From Octopus vulgaris (Eukaryota), in contig OX597828.1 of the NCBI GenBank assembly GCA_951406725.2, forward strand, positions 26,288,001 to 26,352,000: a stretch of 64,000 nt of DNA, written 5' to 3'. A program made the position numbers and the translations under genes. This document shows, piece by piece, positions 40,487 to 55,770 of the stretch. Position 1 is the stretch's first letter. Every line of letters begins with the position of its first letter. The notes under the pieces were generated by a model, which was given only the letters and a program-made list of their open reading frames with translations, was not told the origin of the DNA and searched no databases.

Positions 40487-40851
40487 TAATAATAACAACA
40501 ACAACAATGGTGGTGAGGATGATAATAATGACAATAACAAAAACAAAATGAAAAGGAAAAAAAAACAAAAAGAACTGGAAAAATAATAATGATAAGGTCC
40601 AGCATAGCATGAGGGGGTGGTGTGTCAGGGGAGGTAGGTGTTAGAGAGAGGGGGGGGAAGTGTTGTGCTGTGTTTGGTGAACAATACCAGTGTTTAATGA
40701 CAGGGTTAATCTCATGGTGACACTTAAACCATTGTCACTTATTTAAACTGGTGGCAGCAGCAGCAGCAACAGCTATGCAACTGGTTGATTGCTTAATGTG
40801 TGTGCGCGTGTGTGTGCGTGCGTGTTTGTGTGTGTGTGTGTGTATGTGTGT

Positions 40852-40889
<38 letters not shown>

Positions 40890-41329
40890 ATTTTCAACCA
40901 TCCACCCAACCAATCAGCCATCCATCCAGCCACCCACAAAAGGCCGATAGATCTAAATTGCTTTTTAACTCTTCTTACTTTCTCCTTCTCTCCCCCCTCT
41001 CTCTCTTCGTCTCCCCCCCTCTCTCTCTCTCTCTCCCTCATCCACACACCTTATATGAGTCCTAAAACATGGCTGCTATATCATGTTATGCATTGTTCTG
41101 TATACTACATTATGTTATGTGTAGCTATATGTGTTGTGTCTATAATGCTGTGTGTGTTATTGTGTGTTGTTATTTTATATTGTGTCCATCCTGCAAAGAG
41201 TTCTATTGTGTTATGTGTTGTAATGTGTGTGGAGGAAGTGGGGTGACATTGTCCCCCTACTCCCGCTCAGATCTCTCAACACCTGGCACAAAGTCACCTC
41301 CCTCAGTTAAGGGAGCCTTCTGTTGCAAG

Positions 41330-41552
41330 GTACCCAGTGTCCTCATTGATGTTGGTGCCACATAAAAAGCACCCAGTACATGCTGTAAAGTGGTTGGTGA
41401 TAGGAAGGGCATCGACCAGCCATAGAAACCATGCCAAAGCAGACAGGTGACCTTGGCACAGTCCTCTGAATTGCCAGCTTCTGTCAAACCGTCCAACCCA
41501 TGCCAGTATGGAAGACAGACCTTATGTGATGATGATGACTATGATGATGATG
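41330..41552 (+). mobile_element. RTE-type 3' UTR fragment (family C)
   Basis: ggtgccacataaaaagcaccc..aggaagggcatc..gtccaacccatgccag..(TGA)n. Confidence 0.75.
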
Positions 41553-43012
41553 ATGGTGGTGGTGGTGGTGACAAGGAGTTGTATAATGCTATGGATTGTG
41601 GTGTATAAATAACAACAAAAGTCATATTGTATTATATGTGTTTAGTGTTATGTATAACCATGTGTAGAGCAAGGAGTTGTATTGCTTCTACGTATTTTTA
41701 GGTGTGAGGCAATGAGTCATACTGCGTTGTAACATCTGGTGCAGTGTGTGTTGTGTGGCAGCGTTGTGATGTTTGCTGCCTTTAGCAATTACTAATGTGC
41801 TGTATTGTAAACATGTTATATTGTGTGTGTAATGTGTGTAGTGTTGTTTTTACACAACACAAGCTGTTCTGCATTGTGTTGTTTTGTCTTGCTTGCTCGC
41901 TCTCTCTTTTCCACAAACAAATACCAGAACGGAAAGAAATAATCTTTACCAAAGATCGGAAATTCTAAAGAAGCATTCAAAGATTTTATTTATTCATTTG
42001 TTTATTTATTATTTATTTTGACAGAGTAATCTGTAAAAAAAAAAAATTAAAAAAAGAACCTACCACCAGGAAGAAAAAAAAAAATGAAACCTCCTGACTT
42101 TGCAGTATAAAAGTGTAAAGTAGGGTCTCCATTTGATTGCAGTATCTCGTTAACTGCATTAATTAGTAACAACAGAACAAGGTCTATTGAAAAGAATTAG
42201 GAAGGGTTACACTGTTCCAGAATAACTTGGGGAAAAGTCTATTTTCATTTTACAAATTTTTAATGGTCTTTGTAACATTTTTTCGGAATTAAATTATGTC
42301 CTTCCTTTGATTGTATTTGTTTGGTTATTGTTGTGGTTGTGTACCTTTATGTGTACGTCAGTTTTGGGTCTGCATAATACTTGCGTATGTATGTGTGTGT
42401 GTGTATACATATACATATACATATATATATATATATACATTCATATATATATGTGTGTATATATATCATCATCATCATAAAGCGGATGCTAAATGATGAT
42501 GATGATATATATATATATATACACACACATATATATGAATGTATATGTGTATGTATGTATGTATAATTTGTGTGTGTTTATAGGTGTGTGTATTATTTGC
42601 CTGTTTGATAGTGTTTGTATGCAAGTGGAAGTGCAATTGTGTGTGGGTGGGCACAAGTGGTTAACTCATGAGCAAAGCTAAAAAGTCTAATTCACCGATT
42701 GTTGAAATGAAGCAAGAAAAATGAAACAAGAAAAAATTGAGAATACGAGAAAAAGAAATAAAGGAAAAAAGAGGAAAAAAAGGAAGAGTGAAGAAGAAAA
42801 GAGAGAAAAATGTATTTAGTAAAAAGCGAAAAGAAGCCAAATTTGAGAGTTTGTAGATCATGACATGTTGTATTGAAATGACAGTTGTTAAAAATATTAA
42901 TCTTAGGTAGACAGAAAGCTAAAGTCCTTCTTCACAGCAGGAAATCGCATAAAAGATGAGAGGAAATACTCCACTAAGGTCGATGTTAAATCAGTTCGAA
43001 ATTAGATCAAAG

Positions 43013-43045
<33 letters not shown>

Positions 43046-43246
43046 TCAGAATTCGATTAGCGAGAGGGTTTTCTTTGGCATTATGGCCATCCCAAATTTA
43101 GTGTGGAACAAACAAGTTGTTCTTTAGATTTAGTGCAGAAAAGGTAAAAAAAAAAAATAAAAAGAGAGAAGGGAAAAGACATGTGATGCCAACATTTTGA
43201 AGAATGGCATAAAACTTCTGGAAAAAAAATCTTAGCCGCTGCTTTC

Positions 43247-43830
43247 ATTTTTATCATTTATTTGTTTCAGCCATTGCACTGCGGCCATGCTGGAGCAACA
43301 CTTTGAATGGTGTAATTGAACTAATTGACACCAGTGCTTATTTTTTTTTAGGTCTGTCTAGAATTTACTCTATCGATTATTTCTGCTGAACCTCTAAGTC
43401 AATGGGATGTAAACAGACCAACACCAGTTGTCAAGTGGTGAACAGAAGGAACAAACAGAGACACAAACACATACACTACACACATACGATGGGCTTCCCC
43501 ATAGTTTCCTTCTACCAAATCCACTCACAAGGCATTGGTTGGCCTGGGGCTATGGTAGAAGACACTTGCCCAAGGTGCCATGCAGTGGGATTGAACCTGG
43601 AACCACATGATTGCAAGGCAAACTTGTTAACCACAAACCATCCTATTCAAATACACTACACACATATGATGGGCTTCCCCATAGTTTCCTTCTACCAAAT
43701 CCACTCACAAGGCATTGGTTGGCCTGGGGCTATGGTAGAAGACACTTGCCCAAAGTGCCATGCAGTGGGATTGAACCTGGAACCACATGACTGTAAGGCA
43801 AACTTGTTAACCACAAACCATCCTATTCAA
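43247..43830 (-). mobile_element. SINE family A with 180-bp tandem duplication of its head region
   Basis: 43471-43650 repeated at 43651-43830 with about 4 differences. Confidence 0.9.
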
Positions 43831-44426
43831 ATATGTTGTCCCTTATTCTTTAACTGTTGTCAGTCAATGTAAACCATGTGAATAAGTAAGCTTTACATTG
43901 AACAGAGAACTCTGAAATGTTAAAAGGTTAAATATTGTAGCACAAAATATGGACAACATTTGAAACCCCGTCACCCCTATCAGCACCCTGAAACCAGGAT
44001 GATAATGGCTGAAATCTCTTGTCTTATATCTGCTCTGTTTGCATGGAATTTGGTGCTGAGCAACAACAACAACAACAACAAACCTGCCGTGGTATTTGAC
44101 GCTTTTCTGTTATGTTTTCATGAACAGGAAACCTCGATTCTTGTACAACAGAGTGTCTGAGACAGGATGTGAACCAGCAGCCTGTCGGATGATTTTCTGG
44201 TATTGTATAAGACAATAACAACCACATTAAGCTGTGCGTTTTGGAAGATGGTAACAATGAAATAATGCTGAGAATAACAGGTGCTTAATCTGATTGACTC
44301 AGACCTGTCGGGAAAGGAGCAAGGGAGAAACACTGAGCGAGAGACAGAGAGGGGGAAGAAGACAATAGAGAAGAAAGAAGAGGAGGAGGCTGACGCTAAC
44401 GATGATGATGATGATGATGGTGATGG

Positions 44427-44463
<37 letters not shown>

Positions 44464-45004
44464 GAATTAGAAAAACCAAAGAACTTTAATTTTTAAATAA
44501 ACTCCAACCAACTGAACTAATTTAGGTAAATGAATTCGAAAGTTGATCTAATTTTTACTTTTATATAAAAAGAATTATGAAATGCTCAGGAGATGACTGA
44601 CTACATACAATGAAGAGAGAGAGAGAGAAGGGGAAAGAAAGAGGGAGAGAGAAAGAGAGAGAGTGCCTAAGGTGAAGCGTAAGGGAAAGAGATCAAATCT
44701 TCTAATCCTCTACTAATCACAGCATATATATCAAATGCTGGCAGCAAAACATATCAAGTTAATCTATCAATGTGATTTTCTTAAAAGACTTTACAGCACA
44801 AAATGTAATTTAATCAGATTTTAAATATATATCAATATAAAAGCATGTCATTTTTGGAAATTATAATTTGTGTGTGTGTGTGTGTGTGTTTATGTGTGTG
44901 TGTGTTAGGTAACGTAAAAGGATTTACATCATATCTGCACGTGTGTATGTATATGTGTGTATATATATATGTGTGTGTGTATGTATGTATATATGTATGT
45001 ATGA

Positions 45005-45064
<60 letters not shown>

Positions 45065-45310
45065 AGACAGATATATACATATATAGATATACATAGACAC
45101 ACATATATACACACTCAGAGATTATATAAACAATATTTTGTTGGAACATGTAGAATTATATTCACATATATACACAAAAGCTGATGCAGGACACTACATA
45201 TATTTAATATACATTTATGTATCTTTACAAATATATAGAGACAGATTGTATATATTATCATATATGCACAAAGACATGTACCCGACCATATCTATATCTA
45301 TATATATGTG

Positions 45311-45347
<37 letters not shown>

Positions 45348-45757
45348 AGAGAGAGAGAGAGAGAGAGTGTGTGTGGGTTAGAGGTGTGTAGTTACTAGCT
45401 TTCCTTTCCAACTACATTAATTCTGTGTTTGAACATACTTGACTTCTACTGTAGCACCCACACTTTGACCGATTCCTTGATCAAATTGCAGAATTGAGTA
45501 GAATTTGATAGACAGAAACAGTGCAGAAGTCCATCATATATAAATGTGTGTGTGTGTGTGTGTGTGAGTGTATGTGTGTGTGTTGTGTGTGTTATGTGTG
45601 CACCCATTGTACTTATGCTTAATGGTGTCTTTTACTACAACCCAGGGCCAACCAAAGCGTTGTGAATGGATTTGGTGGACAGAAGCTAAAAGAAGCCCAT
45701 AGGATACATGCATGCCTATATGTATATATATATATGTGTATATATATATATGTATAA

Positions 45758-45965
45758 AGTTAATCCAAACATGAAAACACCAAGAGAAAACACAACAACG
45801 CGAGGACATGGAACAAATATAGTATTATTGGATGCTCAGGAAGGAAGGGAAGAAGGAGTGTTTTACGTTTCGAGCGGAGCTCTTCATCAGAAACATAGGA
45901 AAAGGAAATATCCAGAAAGGGAAGACGGAGGAAAAAAATCGCCAATGGTACACACGCGGTCATGC
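45758..45965 (-). mobile_element. Short PLE-pLTR-like element carrying a minimal hammerhead ribozyme
   Basis: Starts next to a (TA)n tract; second truncated copy at 39170; contains a complete HHR. Confidence 0.75.
45859..45895 (-). ncRNA. Minimal type I hammerhead ribozyme
   Basis: Minus strand TGTTT-CTGATGA-A-GAGC-TCC-GCTC-GAAA-CG-TA-AAACA: 5-bp stem I, 4-bp stem II, minimal palindromic stem III, GUA cleavage triplet. Confidence 0.8.
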
Positions 45966-46189
45966 ATATGTGTGTATTTTCCTCATTGCTAGCCCAAAGG
46001 TTGAACTCCATAAAAAAATGTCAGTGATAATAGCATCTTTCTTGCAGTGACAGAAAGAGCACACATCTAGTTGGAGAACAATATGAGTCAACATTACTTG
46101 GCCACTGGAATAATGTAATGAATGACACGTTTAACCATGCCACCTCCTCAGCCTCATCCTTAAATTTATAGCTCTAATCACTGTAGCTT

Positions 46190-46490
46190 GGATATTTGAG
46201 ACATAACAGCAAGATCCTCATGCAAAGAACAAGGCTGTGTTCTTTGGAGCTGGGTGGAGATTATAAGCATCAAATTATGGAGAAGGAAATAAAAGTACAT
46301 TGGAAATATTCTGAGGCAAGATGCAAACAATGATTGTGTGACAGCCATGATGTGGGACCCTGAAGGAAGGAGGAATCATAGAAGAGCCAAGAACATGTGG
46401 TGTAAGACAGCCATCGACGGAGCAGCATGGACACAGAGAAGGAATGGAGGCTTTATGTGCCATGTGGCACAAAGTGGAAAGAAGAAGACA
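46190..46490 (+). pseudogene. Degraded RTE LINE 3' ORF fragment (second family)
   Basis: RRK*KYIGNILRQDANNDCVTAMMWDPEGRRNHRRAKNMW...ALCAMWH resembles RRWKWIGHVLR..ALTWTPEGKRKRGRPKxTW..ALC. Confidence 0.6.
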
Positions 46491-47728
46491 TTCTAACTTG
46501 GAACCTTGAGTACGATTCTGTTGAGATCACATTGGTAGGAGAGAGGTTAGGGCAACAGTGGCAGTGATAAAGAGTTGTGGCGGTGGTGGTGGTTGTGGTG
46601 GTTGTGGTGGTGGTGGTGGTGGTGGTGGTGGTGGTGGTTGTGGTGGTGGTGTTAGGAGTAGAGGCATAACAACAGCAGCAATAGTAATGATGCAGTTGGT
46701 GGCAGCAGACTTCATGGTGGTACCTATTTACAAATGGTGTGTCTGAGCTAGTGATAGTTTTGGGATTGCATGAGATATGAACCCTTAACTCTTCACTTGG
46801 CAGTTCAACACTCTATTCACTTGGCAGTTCAACACTCTATTCACTTGGCCAGCTGAAAGTCCCTAATCAGATAAGATAAAAAAAAAAAACCCCACTTATT
46901 ATTGTTTTCTTAATTAACCAAACAACAATGAAGAAGACTGATTAAGAAATGTTTTTCATGTTTGTATATTTGTTTGTGATTTTTTTTGTCAATTTTGTTT
47001 TCTTATTTAATTCTTTGTATTTCTCATTCATTTCTGTTAGCTTTTCGTTACAGTGCCCCCCCTCCTCACTCTTTCTCATCCTTCTCTTTCTTTCACTCTC
47101 TCTCTCTCTCTTCTTTTCTCTCTTTCTCAATCTTCTTCTCACACCTCTGAGATAAACAAATAAATATAGAAAATAAACAAATCCCAATGTATTTAAAACT
47201 ACTTCTCTTCCTTCCCCCAACGCCATCCTCCCCCCCCCACTTTTCATTCTTCATTTTTTTAAAAGTTATTTTCTTTTTGTTTGTTTTTTTTTGTTTTTTT
47301 TATTACTTTTTTTTTTACTTTTCTTTCCTTTCCTTCAATGGTTTCGTTCCACACAACACACAAAGAAACGGTAGTGATGATTCTGAGTTGTGATAAAGGA
47401 ACAATTCTGATAATGTTCAGAATGCTTTGCCAAAAGGTGAAAGAACTAAACCCTATCTTTATAACAAATCAAAAAAAAAAAAAAAAAAAAGAAACAAAAA
47501 GTCTGAGATGTTTTTGGTCCAAGATAAAATCTTTCGGACATGTTTCTTAGCCTCTTCCGTATTTTATAAATTTTTCATTTTTATTTTACAAGCTATCTAT
47601 CTATATATATATACATATATACATACATAATACACACACAGACACATATAGACACACACACACACACACTTTTCTATCTTCAACAGAAATAGGGAACCTG
47701 TGGAAAAAGCTAAGAGTTAACCAGCCAG

Positions 47729-47781
<53 letters not shown>

Positions 47782-47985
47782 CATCATTATTATTGTTATT
47801 GTTATTATTATAGTTGCCGCCTCAATCAAAGAGATGATGAAATGCTATTTTTAAAACAAATAGATGTTGTTTTGTCTACAAACATTTATCTTCTTCCTTA
47901 ATGGCTATTCCCCCACCACCACCACCACCACCCACCGTTTCTTAGACTGGAAGATTAAAAGAAAAAAAATAAAACAAAAAAAAAG

Positions 47986-48020
<35 letters not shown>

Positions 48021-48345
48021 GAAACCATCACATCTCTAAAATACAGTCTTTGCCATTCTTATTTGATCCCTAGTCATCCTCAACACCAAAGTTGAAAATT
48101 TGGAGGAATTTTCAAGTAAACAGACATGAATGTGAAAATTCCTAATCTTCTTTCTTTAAAGAAGAAACACAAATTTTAAAAAAATAAATAAAGTAAAACT
48201 TTAGGGGAACAAAACAAACAACAACAAAAACAAAGGATTATGTCAGTTTATGTAATATTATAATTATAATAACATAAACTTAGAGGAACTACAGAAATCT
48301 CACATTTTAGGCATTTTAGGTTCTTATTAATTTATGGATCCACAT

Positions 48346-48760
48346 AGGCACAGACATGGCACTGTGGTAAGAAGTTTGCTTCCCGACCACAATGGTTCCA
48401 GTTTCAGTCCCACTGCGTGGTACCTTGGACAAGTGTCTTCAACTATAGCCTTGGGCTGACCAAAGTCTCATGAGTGGATTTGGTAGAGAGAAACTGAAAG
48501 AAGCCCATCATATACATGTGTGTGTGTGCATGCACATGTGTGTGTGTTTGTGTCTGTGTTTGTCCCCACCACCACTGCTTGACAACCAGTGTTGGGGTGT
48601 TTACATCCCTGTAATTTAGCAGTCCTGTAATAGATACTAATAGAATAAGTACCAGGCTTAAAAAAGAGCCAAGTCTTGGGGTTGATTTGTTTGACTAAAA
48701 TTCTTTCAAACTGGTGCCCCAGCATGGCCACAGTCTAATGACTGAAATAAATGATAAAAG
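48346..48760 (+). mobile_element. SINE family A
   Basis: Full-length homologue of 33981-34400. Confidence 0.88.
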
Positions 48761-49102
48761 CTGAACAGCATAACTCTCATACATATTTCATTATGTTCCA
48801 TAAATTAATTATTTCTTCAATAACATTCCATAGTTGAGGTTATTTCAAGCAAAACACTATGACTTGTTTCATAATGCTACAGACTTTATGTCTTTGATTT
48901 CATTCCCATGTAAGTTTGTTTAACTATTTCGATATCAATCCACCTGGAAACTGCCTCAAATCCTACGACACAAACGACATAGTTTAAAGTGATCCGGATC
49001 AAAACCATCCATGAAAATTCAACATTCCAAAAACCAGTTAAATAATGACAAAGTTATTTTAATAAACTCTTCAAAATTAATTAAAACAAAGCCAGTGTAT
49101 TT

Positions 49103-49226
49103 CTTTTCTACTCTAGGCACAAGGCCCGAAATTTTTAGAAGGGAGCCAGTCAATTAGATTGACCCCAGATTGTGATAAATTAAGTACCAACTGGTACTTA
49201 ATTTATCGCAAAGTTGACCTCAGCGG
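49103..49226 (-). mobile_element. 5'-truncated SINE family B with 15-bp TSD
   Basis: TSD aaagccagtgtattt at 49088-49102 and 49227-49241. Confidence 0.8.
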
Positions 49227-49631
49227 AAAGCCAGTGTATTTACAACAGAATTGTGGTAATGAAAAGATCGAAGCTTATCACTTGACCACATGGAGACCAT
49301 AAGAAACAGAATATTATGATCGAGGAAGAAAGCCTAGAGTCTAAGAAGTCCAGTGGTGGTCAGTATCAACAAAAAGAGAGTAACGTTTGTAAGAAAGGCA
49401 ACAAAGTACATTTAGTTTGAAGAGAGAGATATGAGTTCAAATTAGAAAAAATAAACCTTTTTTGAAATAAATCCGTCCTTTGCACACAGCACAAATTTAT
49501 CTTATCTTCTAAATTAAAATTACATGTCCTGTCACCCTTCACTATCTTCTTTCCTTTTGTCCAACTGGGTTAGCCATATTTATATCTTTTACAAGAAACC
49601 TATTTCTCTCCCTCAGTCATACTTTAACCTC

Positions 49632-49987
49632 TCATCATCGTCATCATCATCATCATCATCATTTAACGTCCGCTTTCCATGCTAGCATGGGTTGGACGGT
49701 TCAACTGGGGTCTGGGGAGCCCAAAGGCTGCACCAGGCCAGTCAGATCTGGCAGTGTTTCTACAGCTGGATGCCCTTCCTAACGCCAACCACTCCGAGAG
49801 TGTAGTGGGTGATTTTATGTGCCACCGACACAGGTGCCAGATGAGGCTGGCGAACGGCCACGCTCGGATGGTGTTTTTTATGTGCCACCGACACAGGTGC
49901 CAGATGAGGCTGGCAGACGGCCACACTCGGATGGTGTTTTTATGTGCCACTGACACAGGTACCAGATGAGGCTGGCGAACGGCCACG
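49632..49987 (-). mobile_element. RTE-type 3' UTR (family C) with three tandem ~63-bp units
   Basis: Homologous to 35611-35922; units start at 49816, 49879 and 49941. Confidence 0.85.
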
Positions 49988-51880
49988 TGGCATAAAGTCA
50001 CCTCTCAATACTTTCTCCCTTTCAGTTGAAGGGTCTTGTCGTGTGAGTTACTTTGTGGTCCCACCAGTGCTTGTGCCATGTGAAAAGCACCCAGTCCACG
50101 TTGTGTGAAGTGGTTGGCATTAAGAAGAGTACCCAGTCTGAGAAACCATGCCAAAGCAGATATCGGAGCTTGGCACAGTTCCCTGGCATGTCAAACTGTC
50201 CAACCCAGACCAGCATGAAAATGGATGTTAAATGATGGTGATGTTTGTATTATTGAGATGAGATATTGGTCAAATCAGTAAATATTGGTTTGAAAATCAA
50301 TGCAAAAAAGTTTATTCATAGAAAGGGGAGAAAGAAAGGGGAAGAGAAAGAAAGAGAGAATGAGTGGGTGAAAAAAAGGATATACATGCTAATATGACTG
50401 TCAAAATGAAAATCTGCTGAACCATGCAAAGTATCGGACTAAAAAGTAGCAAAATTTAAGAGGTGTGACTCAAACTTGTTTCAAAAGATGAGCCCCAAAT
50501 GTCTCAAGTCATGTGACGCTTACTGACTACAATTAGAAATGAAAACTGAAAGCCACCAAAATACGATTCATTGTGAATTGCTAGAAAGAACAACAAATGT
50601 TCATCTCACATCCTAATGTCTTGAAAAAAACAAGGACAAAGTCACACTGTGTGACACCTTGGTCACCCAAGGTGCCACACCTGGGCTGACCAAAGCCTTA
50701 TGAGTGGAATTGGTAAGAAAGAAGCCCATGTGTGTATGTGTGTATCTTTGTGTTAGTGTTTGTCCTCTGCCACTGCTTAACAACTAGTGTTGGTTTGTTT
50801 ACATCCCTGTAACCAAGTGTTATAAACAACCAATAGAAAAAATATCATATTTAGACAAAATAAAAATCAATGGAGACATTTCATTTGACTAAATCACTTG
50901 AAGACAGGGCCCCAGCATGGCCACAGTCTACTAACTAAAACAAGTAAAACATAAAAGACTATTTTTTTTTACAGGTTTCAGTCATGTTGCATCTTGTCTG
51001 GGGCACCCCCATTCACCCACCCACCCAGGGATTATTTTAGTCAATTACAGTAATTCTAGTTTCATACATATTCTAAGCAAATTGGATGAATCCTCACTTT
51101 GACATAACACTGGTAAAAAAAAAAAAAGAAAAGGAAAGGAAAGAAAAACTGTGTAATAGATTTACACTCAGGAAAAATAGAAGGGAAAGACTTTTATATT
51201 TTGAGCATAAACACACCATCTCGACTAGATGGCGAGAGAAAAGAACAGCTTTATCTCACTTAGATGGTCACCTTATACTGAAATGACTGGTTTAAGAGGA
51301 GGTTAGTGGCAGTAAGATGGGCTTCCGTACAGTTGTTTTGGTCAATTAAATTCCACTCTCCGAGCCATGTAGTTTGATGTTTTAGCATGAGAGAGTTGCC
51401 AAATGTACCATGCAGTGAGATTGATCTCAGAATCTCATGGATCTGAGATAAACTACTTAAACAAACAGCCATACCTACAGTGTTAAAGATACACATACAT
51501 ATACACACTCATATACACACACATATACACACACATATGTACACACACATATGTACACATGCATATACATGCACATATGCACATACATAAGATGACAAGC
51601 AACAGAAGAGGTCAGCTGAGGTCAGAGCAAATGGAATGCTGAAGTATCAGTTTGAATTGTTCCTTCAGACCAGAGGGATAAACACACACCTACACAAACA
51701 CACACCTACACAAGCACCCACCTCCACACACACACAAAAAACCTATACACACATACATATATGTACAAAGTAAAAAAAAAATGAAATGAAGAAAAACAAC
51801 AAAGCAATCTTTGAGAGATCAGATATCATGAAGATGATGCTAACTTGGTGAACAAACATATATAGTGCATGGCGTGCATG

Positions 51881-51916
<36 letters not shown>

Positions 51917-52233
51917 AAATACATACAAGCATATATACACACACACACACATATATATTTGTATATATATATTAGGAAAGAGTGAGAGAGAAAGAGAGAG
52001 TGAGAGAGAGAAGCAAGGTAAAAAATACTAAGTTAATTGAATATGATACAATTTTTGCGTTGTCATTTTTTTGTTCGCTTTTTGCATATCTAAATGCGTG
52101 TATACACATACATGCATACATACAAACACACACACACACAAACGTACACACACAAACGTACACACACAAACACACACATAAACACACACACATACATATA
52201 TATATGTACAGGTAGGTGTGTGTGCATGTGCAG

Positions 52234-52297
<64 letters not shown>

Positions 52298-52984
52298 GTA
52301 TGTATGCATGCATATGCATTTTATTTATTTATCTATTTATTAATTTTTTTTTTCCTTCCATTCCCTCTGAGTAACCATTTAGAAATGTAAAGACATCCAG
52401 CCATGAGGCAGGTAGGTATAAAGATTTAAAAAGAAGACGAAAAGAACAAAAAAATATCAAAGAAAGAAAAAAGGAAGACAAATAAATAAAGAAATATTAT
52501 GAAGATATCAAGATTCTAAAGATAAAATAAATAAATATATATAAAGATAAAACGGCAGTAGTAGCAGCAGCAGCAGCAGCAGCAGAAGTGATACAGATAT
52601 GGATGCTAACTACACATCGCTTAATCATAAAATATAAATCATTTTTCAAGGAATAACAACTTTTTTCCTTGTATTTCTTTCCTTCAATCTTCCATACACT
52701 GTCTTCCTTTCTTTCTTTCTTTCTTTCTTTCTTTCTATATTTTTATCTAACAATGTATATAAAAAAAATACACACGTACACAAATCTAAAAATAAAAAAA
52801 AAACTAAAATATACTAACAGTGGTAAGTATATATGTGCATGTTTTTTTTTTAAATATTTTTTTTTCCAAATGAGAATAAGAAAAAAAATACACAAACAAA
52901 AAGTAATAACAATAAATGTTATAATTGAACTAAGTTGTAACAATATATATATATATGGAATATATATATCTATATATTTGGAAC

Positions 52985-53041
<57 letters not shown>

Positions 53042-53097
53042 GATATCTATTACATTTCCAAGAAATAGCATAAGTTCCATATCCATGGTTTGTGTTT

Positions 53098-53143
<46 letters not shown>

Positions 53144-53261
53144 CTATCTAATTATTTTCATTCTATCACTTTATATTATGATTACAGCTATTATTAATAT
53201 TACTTTTTCTTGTTACTATTATGCAGTTAGGAATAGATCGTTGCTATATTTATTATTAACA

Positions 53262-54690
<1,429 letters not shown>

Positions 54691-55286
54691 AATTATGAAA
54701 TCATCATTTTTACCTATTTAGTTAGAAATTTTTATCATCATCATCATCATCATTTCCATCTTTTGTCTTATTTTTTTTTTGCCTTTCATATTCCGCTCCT
54801 AACCCTCTTCACTACAATTCCACTTCCATAAGTCTAGACTGTTCAAAGAATGCATTTCTTCTGCTTTCTTGCTTTCTGCTCGACACACACATACGATACA
54901 TGCAAAAATATGTGACTAATGAGAGATTTTTCAGCTGTGCTTTGTAGAAGTAGATTTCAACTGCTTCCAACTTTTCATGCAGACTGCAATACCATTTAAT
55001 ATTTCAAGAAAAAGAATGAATCTTTCATTTTTCAAACAATTAAGAATCTTTTATTTACTTCTTTGCAGCTTAGTTTTTGCTTTTACTCTACTTTTTTCAT
55101 ATTGTCTGAGCTATTTTTATTGCCTGTGTGTAGTTATCTATGCATTTCATATATATATGTATACAAACATACGCACATACATACATACATATATGTATAT
55201 CATCATCATCATATATATATATGCTAGCATGGAAAACTGATGCTAAATGATGATGATGATGATGATGATGACATGTATATATATAT

Positions 55287-55335
<49 letters not shown>

Positions 55336-55514
55336 CATGTATATATATATATATGTGTGTGTATATATATATATGTACACACACACACATATATATAAAT
55401 GTATGTATTCATGATTATACAGATATGTATATATTCATGATTATACAGATATGTATATGTATGTTAGTACAGATAATGGAAGCAATGAAATTTCATACAC
55501 ACGCACACATATAT

Positions 55515-55770
55515 TTCACTGAGGCATTGTGAGACTAGTAACCTGGTGTAGAACTCAATATATGTATCCCTCTGAATGAAGTGTCAGTCGAGTACAGAGC
55601 GGTAATAATAAAAGAGATGACAAAAGAATAAACAATTATGCAGTGAAGTTCATTAGCTTACAGCTGTTTCTGCTATAAGATGTGGTGGACTCAGAGCTGA
55701 GTAGCTGAGTAATACCATACTGTTCCATCAGAGATTCAAACGTGAAGTTCTGATGAAGGTGTTTTACTTA
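55515..55770 (-). mobile_element. PLE-pLTR-like element with degenerate hammerhead (55657-55733)
   Basis: Minus strand CT-CTGATGG..long hairpin (actcag/ctgagt)..GAAA-CAGCTG-TA-AG; flanked by AT/AC microsatellites. Confidence 0.55.

Noticed and set aside
39759-40610. 283-aa ORF on the minus strand
   Set aside because: Low-complexity TC/CA/TTA repeats
40707-40730. miR-216-like seed TAATCTCA
   Set aside because: Only the seed matches, and it falls in the loop region of the hairpin
49816-49987. CRISPR-like or hammerhead-like (cagatgaggc) repeats
   Set aside because: Contiguous tandem units without unique spacers, no cas genes, no GAAA core
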